Shown here piece by piece: positions 20,512 to 30,081 of a stretch of DNA of 64,000 bases. The DNA lies in the IMG/VR virus record IMGVR_UViG_2236876025_000003; one strand, 5' to 3'. The DNA comes from an uncultured virus (IMG/VR IMGVR_UViG_2236876025_000003). Taxonomy: Duplodnaviria; Heunggongvirae; Uroviricota; Caudoviricetes. How positions within the stretch are numbered: position 1 is the first letter of the stretch; each line of letters begins with the position of its first letter. A program made the translations under genes and the position numbers. Below the pieces are notes generated by a model. It had not been told where the DNA came from, did no database searches, and saw only the letters and a program-made list of their open reading frames with translations.

Positions 20512-23500
20512 TACGTTTCAACCTCCAAGATTAAACCTGATGCATTCATCGCGTTCCTGACATCGATATTTCTTTGTTCTATCAGTCTTAATTTTTCTGC
20601 TTTTTCTTCATCAGTCTCCGCTACTTTACTATATGCAGATGTACTGAGCGATGTTTCTATATTTGCGGAATAACTCGGATATGCGCTATATGACCACGTA
20701 GTTCCTTCTGGGCATTCACCAAGGCCTACATCTATATACATAACCGGCCTATTCTCACCGTCAGTAACATAAATACCTTCAAAATCATCTGCGCTGAACG
20801 AGCTGAATGATACAGCGGTAATTTCTGGATCCGCAAGATGTTCATTGATAATACAACCCTGATTTGGCGTCTTGCCGATAGCAAATACATTAGATGTATA
20901 ATACATATTATCATTGTATGCAGAGCAAGTCGCTTCCTCAACAGTACCAAGGTCCTTCAAGTCGCGCGTTTTTTCTACGGCAGATTCATTCATATTGAAC
21001 CAGAAACCTGCCTTATTATTCTTATACTCGAACATAACCGGCAGCTTAAATCCAGCAGAACAGATATTATCATGCATGTTGGCTGGACGCTTCTCATAAG
21101 TATATTTAAAATAGTCCACCAGAGCATCATTTTTATGCTGTTCGGTATCAGAAACCTTTATATTCGCAGTTAAGTCTTTATAATAAGATGAAACACAGTC
21201 GTTGTTATAATTATCAAAAAACTCAGCGACCTTAACTGGCATATTATCGCGTGATGCAATAACAGATGATTTTACTGCTAATTTATATTTTCCAGAGTAT
21301 ACAGTATCTTGACTCCATGGCGTAGGATAGTTTAAACTTGCATTTGTATTTATCTCAATCGGGCCTGGAAATATACCATTATCACGATAAATACATATAT
21401 CATTATAGTTAGCTGACAGATAAGCACTTAAGCCTCTCCAATTATTATACTCTCTTGATGGCATATATGTGTTCAAGTTTACTGCCTTGGTATATCCATT
21501 TGTATCGTCATAATTTATAGCCGTTTCTGGAACAATCTTAAATGCTGGAAATTCTTCATTTAAGTTACCATCTGTATATTCTTCGACTTGTAACTTATAA
21601 GCTGATACTTTAGCAGCATCATTCTCGGTAATATACCAACCCTCATTACCTTCAGCTGTCAAATATGTCATTGCACCCATTTTATATAAAACGCTAGGCA
21701 CTATTTGGCTATCTGTTTCACTGCTGTCTACATAAATTCCAGTAATTTCACTTTCTTCAATTTCAACATCTTTTTGCACACTCACGATAAGTGCATCTGC
21801 CCATTTAGTACCAACTTCCGGCTGTGTAATATCATTATTCGTATATCCTGTCACTGGATAATACTTATCATTTACCTTCGTATGCGCTGGTTGTAACCAG
21901 TTTCCTGTATATATGCCATATGATTCAGCACCAATATCACAAGCGTTAAATATGTCGTTGCGTGTCGGAGTATGTGGTCCAGGTGCTGTATCATAGCTAT
22001 TTACAATATCATTATTAACCTCTAATTTTACTTTCCAGAGGGCGTCTAACAATATTGCATCGACTTTACCTTCTATAAACCCTAAATTCCATTTTATATT
22101 TTTTGCATGTTTCAATCTACGAACGCCATCACGCGCGCGAACTACTATCACACCCTGATTAAAGAAATTATTTCTTATAGTATCTAAATTCGGTGAATCT
22201 GCTATTGAACCCGGATAAATTATATTATACACATACCATCGAATATCATGTGCATGCGAAATTTTACGGTCTTGCTTCAATACCCACATATAATCAGTAT
22301 TGGCAAATTTAATATCCCAACTATCATGCTCATTAGTACGTATCGATTTAGTGACATAATTTACGTTATTGAAATAAGTTTCTGTTATATTTTCAGATAA
22401 GCCAGACTCAAAGCTCATTTGTTTTTCATCGCCATCATCATATACTGCATAAAATTCATAGCGTTTATCGAGTTCGTTATTATTTAAATTAACAACAACT
22501 TTGAATTTTTTAATAATATTTTCTATAATAACATCATCGCCATCATCGCCATCACTGCCATAAAATTCACCATAAAATGGATTAGTAATATATAGCGTAT
22601 AAGTGTTAACGCCTTTAGCTATTTTTTCGACATTACTAGTACTTGTATATGAATGTTCCAATACAAAGTCTGAGCCGAAATACGGATATAGATAATTATG
22701 TCTATTAAATTGTGTACTAGGTTTATCATTAGAATAACCTGACACAAGGTCAATTACTGTGCCTGGAGCTTTTTCTAAAATTGCTGCTGATGGCACAACA
22801 GAATATTTGAAAATATCATTTGTTTTCCAAACATCATGATTATTAGTAGCTGACAAGTCACGCCAATCAATAATGCTACCAAGCACTCTAGTTATATCAT
22901 ATGACATTACTTTATAGCTAGTATCACTTGGCGTCAAACTATCCAATAAATTACACTTGTCACCTGATGAAATATTTTTAACACCTGGTATTGCTACGTC
23001 TATACTGTCACCATAAAAATATGGCGTCGATACTGGTGCAGCGATATTCTGATCCATATAGAACAGGCCTACCATATTGTTAGTTATCTTTTTACCATTA
23101 TATGAGAAATAGCTAGCTAATGTGTTATATGGATATGACAATGAATAGTATTGATACGGTGGTGGCATTTGCGTGCCTTTGTTTACTATAACATATTTTT
23201 CAGAATCATTAGGGAACAGTGATTCTAACATAGAAGGCGTGCCAATATACAACGGTTTTAACTCTCCGATCAATGGCGCAGCAATACCGTATATTGGTTG
23301 ATCATTAATTGATTGCAGAGCTCTATCTATGTTATTGATTACCGAATGGAATCTTTCTTCTTTATTGTCCACATTAAATGGTTGAACAAACTCATAGCCA
23401 TCTGGTAAATGACTATATTCGCCTATAGATTCTCTATATGTTGTTCGTGTATTTTCAAATTTTACACATCTATTATTTTCATCGTTTAATTCACCGGATG

Positions 23501-25574
23501 TTGTCCATATATCAGACAGGTTAGAAGTATTAAACTCCATCATCGCTGCTATACCCGCATAACGATTAAGCAAATAATAATCTTCAGACAATGGCTTTAT
23601 ACCGCTGACATCTGTACTGCTCACGATTGCAGCATGCTGATTTTCGAACACGACATTACAATCTTTGACAATTAACGAATTTACGTCACCGACAATGCAA
23701 CTACCAAACATACCGCCGATATTTTTAATACTCTGTAACGGAAAACTGTACGTTTCCTCTACATTGCCATTGACTGTATATTCTGTATTAAAAATCGTGC
23801 GTTCATGAAAAACGCCATATTTTTCCATTTGGTTATGATAATGGTTTTCACCTGCCGTTACAACACTATCATAGGCACTTAGATTTATATTACATCCTTT
23901 AATGTAGCCATAATTCTGCTTGCCAGCTAAACCACCCAAAAATCCTACAAATGTCGCTGATGTAATGGCTGAGCAGTTAACATATACGTCTTTTACTTGC
24001 CTATTGTTAATACCTATAATAGGCGAAACATAATATGCCACTCTATTTTGCTGTTGCATTTTTATCGATTTGTCATAATAATTGACATCACGCATAGAAT
24101 CAAACATATGATCTTCTGATCTTTCATTATGATAATCATAATGTTCTGCTGCGCTTAACGCTTGTACACGCATTAAATTTACATCCGCATGATTTATTGG
24201 CAGTACGCCAGCTCTAGAGGATTGTAAGCTTTCATGGTCAAAATATTCAGAATTAATCTTTGAAAAAATTGTAGAATCATAAAACAAAATATTTCGTATA
24301 TAGTCCGGCTTAGTATAACAATCAATAGTTGTGTTGTTATATGGCATACCAGCAAAATAATACCATTCTTGTGGTGACTGATAATCTTTGCCATCAAGAT
24401 TATATTGCTTGATCATGTAGCCATTCTTAATAAATGACTCAAAATTTAGTGTCTTCCAATACTGATGATATGGCATCATGGAAGAGTCTTTGATACGGCC
24501 ATTATATGTCGCAAAAACTCCTTCATTAAAGTAACCAATATATGGAATAATATTGCCCAAAGAGTTATAGCACAAATAATCCGGATAGCAGAAATTAACC
24601 ATCGGATTATCTTGAATTGCCGGTAACGTACTATCGGACTTATTTCCGACTGAACAAATTCCCGGAATAAAATTATATAACACTAATTCAGCATCAAAAT
24701 CAATGCCCTCAATAACACCATTATTTTTACCACAAATAAAACCAGCGGCGACATCTGTGCCAATTGACATCAAATGTTCAAGCGTTATTTTTGATTTACA
24801 GTTCAAGATATTTCGACCTGCAACTCTGACCGTCGAAATTATACCATTAGTTCCGAGATAACCAATGATACCGTTTACTGGCTTGTCACAAATCAATTCT
24901 ATATTAATGAACTTGTAGCCGTTGCCATAAAAGATACCTTCAAATGGCCTATTTGGATTTTCACCGATAATAAAATTGAGTGTCGTTTGATTACTCTCAA
25001 CACCAATATTATCGCCCAAGACGATATTAATTTTATTATTATATGCTTCGCTATTAACGAGATTAGCACACCATCTAAGTTCTTCTTTCGTTCTTACGTA
25101 ATAGAAACCTTCAGGAATAGAAACTTCATTGCCATCAGAGTCTAATTCAGTTTCGTCGCTCGGTCTATAGAATTCACCATCCACATCAAAAAATAAGTAA
25201 TTTAAATTTTTTTCTCTTCCAGCTTCATCAGGATTAGATGCTAGAAAATCTATAATATTATATTTGGTAATATATTCTGGCTGCTTAGCAACATCTGTAT
25301 TTTGCATTACAGTATAATTGTAATGCACCGGATGCATCTTTGTAAAGTATCTATCCTTAAACGAATCTTCTATGCAGACATAGCCAAGTTCATTAAAACT
25401 CGGGTTAAGATAATATAAATCAGTCTCATTCCTGACATATTTTAAGTTATCTTCATAATCTTCAGTAAATACCTTTTTAACCGGCTGCAATGTCCATACG
25501 TCATTTCCGGACAATTCACCGTTCAACATTCTTTGTTTAAAACTGTTAAAAACAAATGATTCCATAATTACCAC
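20511..25574 (-). CDS. Large virion/fibre protein with GLUG-type surface-protein domain
   Basis: EELRWCANLVN, IVLGDNI, FEGIFYGNGYKFINI, GIIGY, GFICGKN, GGLAG, GGMFG motifs. Confidence 0.55.
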   Translation of the reverse strand: MVIMESFVFNSFKQRMLNGELSGNDVWTLQPVKKVFTEDYEDNLKYVRNETDLYYLNPSFNELGYVCIEDSFKDRYFTKMHPVHYNYTVMQNTDVAKQPEYITKYNIIDFLASNPDEAGREKNLNYLFFDVDGEFYRPSDETELDSDGNEVSIPEGFYYVRTKEELRWCANLVNSEAYNNKINIVLGDNIGVESNQTTLNFIIGENPNRPFEGIFYGNGYKFINIELICDKPVNGIIGYLGTNGIISTVRVAGRNILNCKSKITLEHLMSIGTDVAAGFICGKNNGVIEGIDFDAELVLYNFIPGICSVGNKSDSTLPAIQDNPMVNFCYPDYLCYNSLGNIIPYIGYFNEGVFATYNGRIKDSSMMPYHQYWKTLNFESFIKNGYMIKQYNLDGKDYQSPQEWYYFAGMPYNNTTIDCYTKPDYIRNILFYDSTIFSKINSEYFDHESLQSSRAGVLPINHADVNLMRVQALSAAEHYDYHNERSEDHMFDSMRDVNYYDKSIKMQQQNRVAYYVSPIIGINNRQVKDVYVNCSAITSATFVGFLGGLAGKQNYGYIKGCNINLSAYDSVVTAGENHYHNQMEKYGVFHERTIFNTEYTVNGNVEETYSFPLQSIKNIGGMFGSCIVGDVNSLIVKDCNVVFENQHAAIVSSTDVSGIKPLSEDYYLLNRYAGIAAMMEFNTSNLSDIWTTSGELNDENNRCVKFENTRTTYRESIGEYSHLPDGYEFVQPFNVDNKEERFHSVINNIDRALQSINDQPIYGIAAPLIGELKPLYIGTPSMLESLFPNDSEKYVIVNKGTQMPPPYQYYSLSYPYNTLASYFSYNGKKITNNMVGLFYMDQNIAAPVSTPYFYGDSIDVAIPGVKNISSGDKCNLLDSLTPSDTSYKVMSYDITRVLGSIIDWRDLSATNNHDVWKTNDIFKYSVVPSAAILEKAPGTVIDLVSGYSNDKPSTQFNRHNYLYPYFGSDFVLEHSYTSTSNVEKIAKGVNTYTLYITNPFYGEFYGSDGDDGDDVIIENIIKKFKVVVNLNNNELDKRYEFYAVYDDGDEKQMSFESGLSENITETYFNNVNYVTKSIRTNEHDSWDIKFANTDYMWVLKQDRKISHAHDIRWYVYNIIYPGSIADSPNLDTIRNNFFNQGVIVVRARDGVRRLKHAKNIKWNLGFIEGKVDAILLDALWKVKLEVNNDIVNSYDTAPGPHTPTRNDIFNACDIGAESYGIYTGNWLQPAHTKVNDKYYPVTGYTNNDITQPEVGTKWADALIVSVQKDVEIEESEITGIYVDSSETDSQIVPSVLYKMGAMTYLTAEGNEGWYITENDAAKVSAYKLQVEEYTDGNLNEEFPAFKIVPETAINYDDTNGYTKAVNLNTYMPSREYNNWRGLSAYLSANYNDICIYRDNGIFPGPIEINTNASLNYPTPWSQDTVYSGKYKLAVKSSVIASRDNMPVKVAEFFDNYNNDCVSSYYKDLTANIKVSDTEQHKNDALVDYFKYTYEKRPANMHDNICSAGFKLPVMFEYKNNKAGFWFNMNESAVEKTRDLKDLGTVEEATCSAYNDNMYYTSNVFAIGKTPNQGCIINEHLADPEITAVSFSSFSADDFEGIYVTDGENRPVMYIDVGLGECPEGTTWSYSAYPSYSANIETSLSTSAYSKVAETDEEKAEKLRLIEQRNIDVRNAMNASGLILEVET

Positions 25575-27355
25575 TTCTTTACATATTCAACTGGTTCATA
25601 TTCGTCAGTTATTATGTTCGGTCTGTTCACTTTCAATGTGCATTTCAAATCTGCATTATCATTACTATTTACTTGTTCAAATATCAGGTTCGAATCAAGC
25701 ATATTCACATAATCAGTTTCAGTATTTATAACCTTAGTTATCGAATATTCCCTAAGCCAATCTTTTTTAATTGTCTTATCTTTACCGGTTCCAAAATACT
25801 CGCTAATCTTGTTATTGATTTCTGTTTCAAACTGTGTAATATCATCGGCGTAAATGCTAGATACGAACGATGTAAGCTCTACTGAGTTACGCTCAGTGGT
25901 TGGCCCTGCACTTGTATATTCTCTCGGGTCAATTTTTGGCCTTACTTTATATGCTTTAGGTTCATAATTTGGCCTACATCTATAATATGTCATACCGACA
26001 TCCGTATTGCATTCGAAATTTGTCGACAAGAATACTTCGCCTGTCGGTAATCGCCATATTGGCGGAACACCGGTATATGATACGGTTCTATGTTCCGTAT
26101 TTTCAAAATATTTCACTGTCGCATATTTTGACATACTCTGTGATAAAATATATCTATATGTCTGAAAATCGACATTCGTATTAATACAGTAATTTACGAC
26201 CTTCTGTAATTTAAAGCCTTTAACTATCTGCTTATTTTTCGGTATCTCTTTTGCTTTAATATATTGTCCGTCTAGTAGCTTTGCTCCTGAATTATATGCG
26301 TTTTCAGAATAATATTTAATGGGTAAGTTACGTTGATTTATAAAAACATTATAGGGGTTACTAGGATCATTCACATTCATCATTCTTTTAAAAATATCGA
26401 TATATCTACCCGTATATTTAAGATAGCAATGAGTATTATATGGGTCAGATACGGTAACATTATATCCGTTACATATATTAACAAAAAGCGAATAATCGGC
26501 AGGCAGTATTCCTCCTGGTAGTATTTTTGTATAGACATTTATCTTTATATCATTATAATTGGCATCAATCTCATCAAATGCTGCATCCACATCAGCTTTT
26601 AATCCTTCAATTTGATTACTTCCAGTAATTAAAACATTATGGTTTTTAAAAATTTTTTCAATAGCAGATGGTATATTATTAACCATTTGAATCCTTCTAG
26701 CAATAATAGTATATTCTTCTGGTAAATACGGATTCAACCTATCTAAATCAAAATACTCGACATTTCCCCTAGACTGGCTAATTTTATTGATTGTAGCAAT
26801 AGCCCAATTATCCAAATGTTTATTTTTAGCTGGCAAAATCAATCGCTCTACGATATTTTTTTGAATATTATGAATTTTATTAATATCATTATTCGTATTG
26901 ACATTGCCATTATCATCAATATCCAACCAACCATTAGAGCCATTCCAAACTTGAAGTTTAAATGATATACCGTATGGCAACTTTTCCGTATTCGGCGTAA
27001 CATAATCGACATAATTATTGTTAACTTTATAACGGCACCAGTTCTTTAGGTCTTCAACCCAGAAATAACTCTTAGACTTACTGGTAGTATTATTATAATA
27101 CATGCCTTCACCAGATTCGGTTACTGCCATTGTAATATCTTCATTTGAATTATTAGTAGAATAAAATTTATATGGCTCCTGTAAGGACGCGCTATCAATA
27201 AGCTCATCAATAGTTTTTTCATTTCCTGAGCTATCATCAGAATGACTTGTGTCATGTGTTATGGTATCTTCGCCATAGTTATAGGCTTTAATATCAATCG
27301 ACTGACCTTCATTTTCATATTTGGTTTTTATGCTATAAACATGTGTATCTGACAT
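25568..27355 (-). CDS. Hypothetical late protein
   Basis: ~595-aa ORF; late promoter 27361-27368 overlaps the first ATG, so MSDTH at 27355 is the likelier start. Confidence 0.6.
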   Translation of the reverse strand: MSDTHVYSIKTKYENEGQSIDIKAYNYGEDTITHDTSHSDDSSGNEKTIDELIDSASLQEPYKFYSTNNSNEDITMAVTESGEGMYYNNTTSKSKSYFWVEDLKNWCRYKVNNNYVDYVTPNTEKLPYGISFKLQVWNGSNGWLDIDDNGNVNTNNDINKIHNIQKNIVERLILPAKNKHLDNWAIATINKISQSRGNVEYFDLDRLNPYLPEEYTIIARRIQMVNNIPSAIEKIFKNHNVLITGSNQIEGLKADVDAAFDEIDANYNDIKINVYTKILPGGILPADYSLFVNICNGYNVTVSDPYNTHCYLKYTGRYIDIFKRMMNVNDPSNPYNVFINQRNLPIKYYSENAYNSGAKLLDGQYIKAKEIPKNKQIVKGFKLQKVVNYCINTNVDFQTYRYILSQSMSKYATVKYFENTEHRTVSYTGVPPIWRLPTGEVFLSTNFECNTDVGMTYYRCRPNYEPKAYKVRPKIDPREYTSAGPTTERNSVELTSFVSSIYADDITQFETEINNKISEYFGTGKDKTIKKDWLREYSITKVINTETDYVNMLDSNLIFEQVNSNDNADLKCTLKVNRPNIITDEYEPVEYVKKW

Positions 27356-27410
27356 ATACATATTTATAATATCGTTTTACCATATATAATAAAGATTTTA
27401 AGAGGTTCTT

Positions 27411-28085
27411 ATGAAAATAGCAGGTCTTGATCTTTCCATTTCGTCGAGCGGAATAATCATTGAAGAAATAGACGAAAATTTTGAAATAAAAAATATCGAA
27501 CGACACGGGTTTACCAACGTCAAGAAAAATTCTATATTACCGAATATCGTATATTACCATAAAGACGATTTCAGAAACGACTATGAAAGATATCAGTTCT
27601 TCTGTGACCATATAGTAAGCTGGTGCAAAGATTGCGAATACATCGCGGTCGAAGATTACGCATATTCTATGTCTGGTGCGTCTGGCTTGATTTTCTCGTT
27701 GGCTGAATTCGAAGGAAATATCAAGCTTTCATTGTTTAGAGAAGGCTGCAAACTGCGATTCTATACTCCTAACCAGAATAAGAAATTCTTTTCGGGACGC
27801 GGTAACGCCGACAAAATCGGCATGAGAGACGCATTCAATGCATGGGCCGGCAAAAAACCGGACCTTGGCGATTTACCTTTGGTAACTAATGGAAAATCCG
27901 GAAATTCGCCGACATCCGATATCATAGACGCGTTCAGTCTTTGTGAATTCCTTAGAAAAGAATTACGAATCAGGAATGACATCGAATCTATGAAGTATCA
28001 GGAAAAATACATACAGGAATGCTTTTTGACCAAAACCAAAGAACATATTAATGGCCTAATTAATTACGATTTCCTTTATAAATAA
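27411..28085 (+). CDS. RuvC-like Holliday junction resolvase
   Basis: IAGLDLSISSSG, AVEDYAY, LAEFEG, GRGNADK, DIIDAF. Confidence 0.85.
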   Translation: MKIAGLDLSISSSGIIIEEIDENFEIKNIERHGFTNVKKNSILPNIVYYHKDDFRNDYERYQFFCDHIVSWCKDCEYIAVEDYAYSMSGASGLIFSLAEFEGNIKLSLFREGCKLRFYTPNQNKKFFSGRGNADKIGMRDAFNAWAGKKPDLGDLPLVTNGKSGNSPTSDIIDAFSLCEFLRKELRIRNDIESMKYQEKYIQECFLTKTKEHINGLINYDFLYK

Positions 28086-28099
28086 TATTAGAGGAAAAT

Positions 28100-28645
28100 A
28101 TGAAACTAAATGAGGCTTTAGATATACTTTTAGAGCATGATCTCATTAACGAAGACGAAATAAAAATTAGAGAAGCTACATATGACGAATATATGAAGGC
28201 TTTTAAATTGGTCTCCGAGAATGAGGTAAATGAATTTTATAAGCATGCGCCAGAAAATCAAAGACGTATGCTTGAGGCACAAATTGTAGCTTCCGGTAAA
28301 ATTATCTGGAATATGCTTCTTCATAAGTATACTGTAACCGGCGAAGAAATATTGGCGACATTACCAAACGCTGACGGTTCTACATATATTTCTATGGCAT
28401 ACGTTCCGCCTCATGCTCGTGGTAATTGGGCTTCTATTAAAGGGCTAAAACAGTGTATAGCAGATTCGCCTAATGGTGTTTCCTTACATACGAATAGAAA
28501 TAACAAGCGCGTTATAAAACTTGTTCAATATTTCGGATTCAAACAATATCCATCCACGCATCCTAACGAACTATACTTTGCCAATAAACCAGGAATCGGT
28601 GGCCATGAATGGGTAACTGCGAATAACGTACCTGATACAGATTAA
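28100..28645 (+). CDS. GNAT-family acetyltransferase-like protein
   Basis: YVPPHARG (motif A-like) and NKRVIKLVQYFGF (motif B-like); late promoter 28077-28084. Confidence 0.6.
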   Translation: MKLNEALDILLEHDLINEDEIKIREATYDEYMKAFKLVSENEVNEFYKHAPENQRRMLEAQIVASGKIIWNMLLHKYTVTGEEILATLPNADGSTYISMAYVPPHARGNWASIKGLKQCIADSPNGVSLHTNRNNKRVIKLVQYFGFKQYPSTHPNELYFANKPGIGGHEWVTANNVPDTD

Positions 28646-28654
28646 AGGATTATC

Positions 28655-29128
28655 ATGATTACTAAACTATTTTTAGACATGGATGGCGTTTTGGTCAATT
28701 TTAGGGGCCAATGTGAAAAGTTAAACTGTATTGAAGGCAATAAGGTTGACTGGAACGTAATTCACAATGCCGGCTCGGACTTCTGGTCTGAAATGGAATG
28801 GCTACCTGAAGGAAAGGAACTATATGAATTCATTAAGAAGGTATGTGCTGAAGAAAATATAGAATTATATATTCTTACATCTGTAACCTTTAATGAAGGC
28901 AAGGTCGGAAAGCTTACATGGATAAAAAACAATACGGACATCAACAGACATCATATCATTATAACGAACATCGGTAAGGAAAAAGCCTATTATGCTGATC
29001 CTGAATCATTGCTGATTGATGACTTCAAGAAAAACTGCGACGCGTTTTCGACCGCTGGCGGACAAGTAATCAAATACGAAACTAATAAACAGACTAAAGA
29101 CGAGCTACTGACGCTTCTAGGTCTATAA
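28655..29128 (+). CDS. HAD-family 5'(3')-deoxyribonucleotidase-like protein
   Basis: LDMDGVL, ILTS, GKLTW, LIDD motifs. Confidence 0.85.
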   Translation: MITKLFLDMDGVLVNFRGQCEKLNCIEGNKVDWNVIHNAGSDFWSEMEWLPEGKELYEFIKKVCAEENIELYILTSVTFNEGKVGKLTWIKNNTDINRHHIIITNIGKEKAYYADPESLLIDDFKKNCDAFSTAGGQVIKYETNKQTKDELLTLLGL

Positions 29129-29137
29129 AAATATATT

Positions 29138-29167
29138 AAAACCGGTCAAAAGCCGGTTTTATTTTTT
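29138..29167 (+). terminator. Intrinsic terminator
   Basis: AAAACCGG-tcaaaag-CCGGTTTTATTTTTT. Confidence 0.75.
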
Positions 29168-29196
29168 ATTATACCATACAAGTGTATAAATAATGT

Positions 29197-30081
29197 ATGG
29201 CTAGAGATTATGCGGCAGAATTTAGAAAATTATTCAGTAACGGATGCAGTGTCCAAGGATGGGACTGGACTGCGCCCCGTTATTTTGACTCTACGGAAAA
29301 CGACTGTTATTCCGCTGAAGCTGCATTAATGTCAGAGCTTACTTCCGAAGCCTATAATAATTTTGGTTTCGAAGTCCTATATTACATTAAGAATATCGAC
29401 ACTAAAATCGATAGGCTATATGGCGAAGACCCGCTTGAAAATGTCGAGCGCAGGTTCAAACTCCAGATGTATACTGACAGCATTCCTACAATGCAGAAAA
29501 GCTATGATTTGCAAGGCATGATTTATAACGAGCTTATAACTTGCCAATGCACTATTCAGCATTTTCATGAAGCGTCCCAACTTTCATACCCGGGACTTGA
29601 AGATATCTACGAGGCTGAAGTACCTAGAATCGGCGACATCGTATATATCGAATATTCAGATACGTATTACGAAGTCGTAAACGTAAAACAGTTTGCCGAC
29701 AATACTACATTCCTATCGACACCGATGACATATACATTCATATTGCGCGTATGGCGTAATAACCACGAAGATGTGGATGTTGACAATATCAATCCGGACA
29801 AGATGGAAGAATTTAACGAATACGCTTCGCTCGGCGAAACATTCAACATCGACTTGAAAGATACTGAAGACCACAATACGGCATATGTAGAAGCCGACAA
29901 GACAAAGACCGACGGTATCATAAAAGATGGCAGCGATATGCTCGCCACGAACGAAGACATAAAGCGGGACGTCGATATTCATGACGAGCCTAAAGACAAC
30001 GTGAAGACACATAGCATCTATAAGGATTCCGAGATTAAAGAAGAAAATCCAGAATATTATGACCCATTTGGAGGCTGGTAA
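29197..30081 (+). CDS. Neck/head closure protein (gp14-like), paralogue B
   Basis: DRLYGEDP, PRIGDIVY, C-term YDPFGGW. Confidence 0.75.
   Translation: MARDYAAEFRKLFSNGCSVQGWDWTAPRYFDSTENDCYSAEAALMSELTSEAYNNFGFEVLYYIKNIDTKIDRLYGEDPLENVERRFKLQMYTDSIPTMQKSYDLQGMIYNELITCQCTIQHFHEASQLSYPGLEDIYEAEVPRIGDIVYIEYSDTYYEVVNVKQFADNTTFLSTPMTYTFILRVWRNNHEDVDVDNINPDKMEEFNEYASLGETFNIDLKDTEDHNTAYVEADKTKTDGIIKDGSDMLATNEDIKRDVDIHDEPKDNVKTHSIYKDSEIKEENPEYYDPFGGW

Noticed and set aside
10612..27361. Diversity-generating retroelement acting on fibre genes
   Set aside because: No reverse transcriptase and no template/variable repeat pair seen in the window
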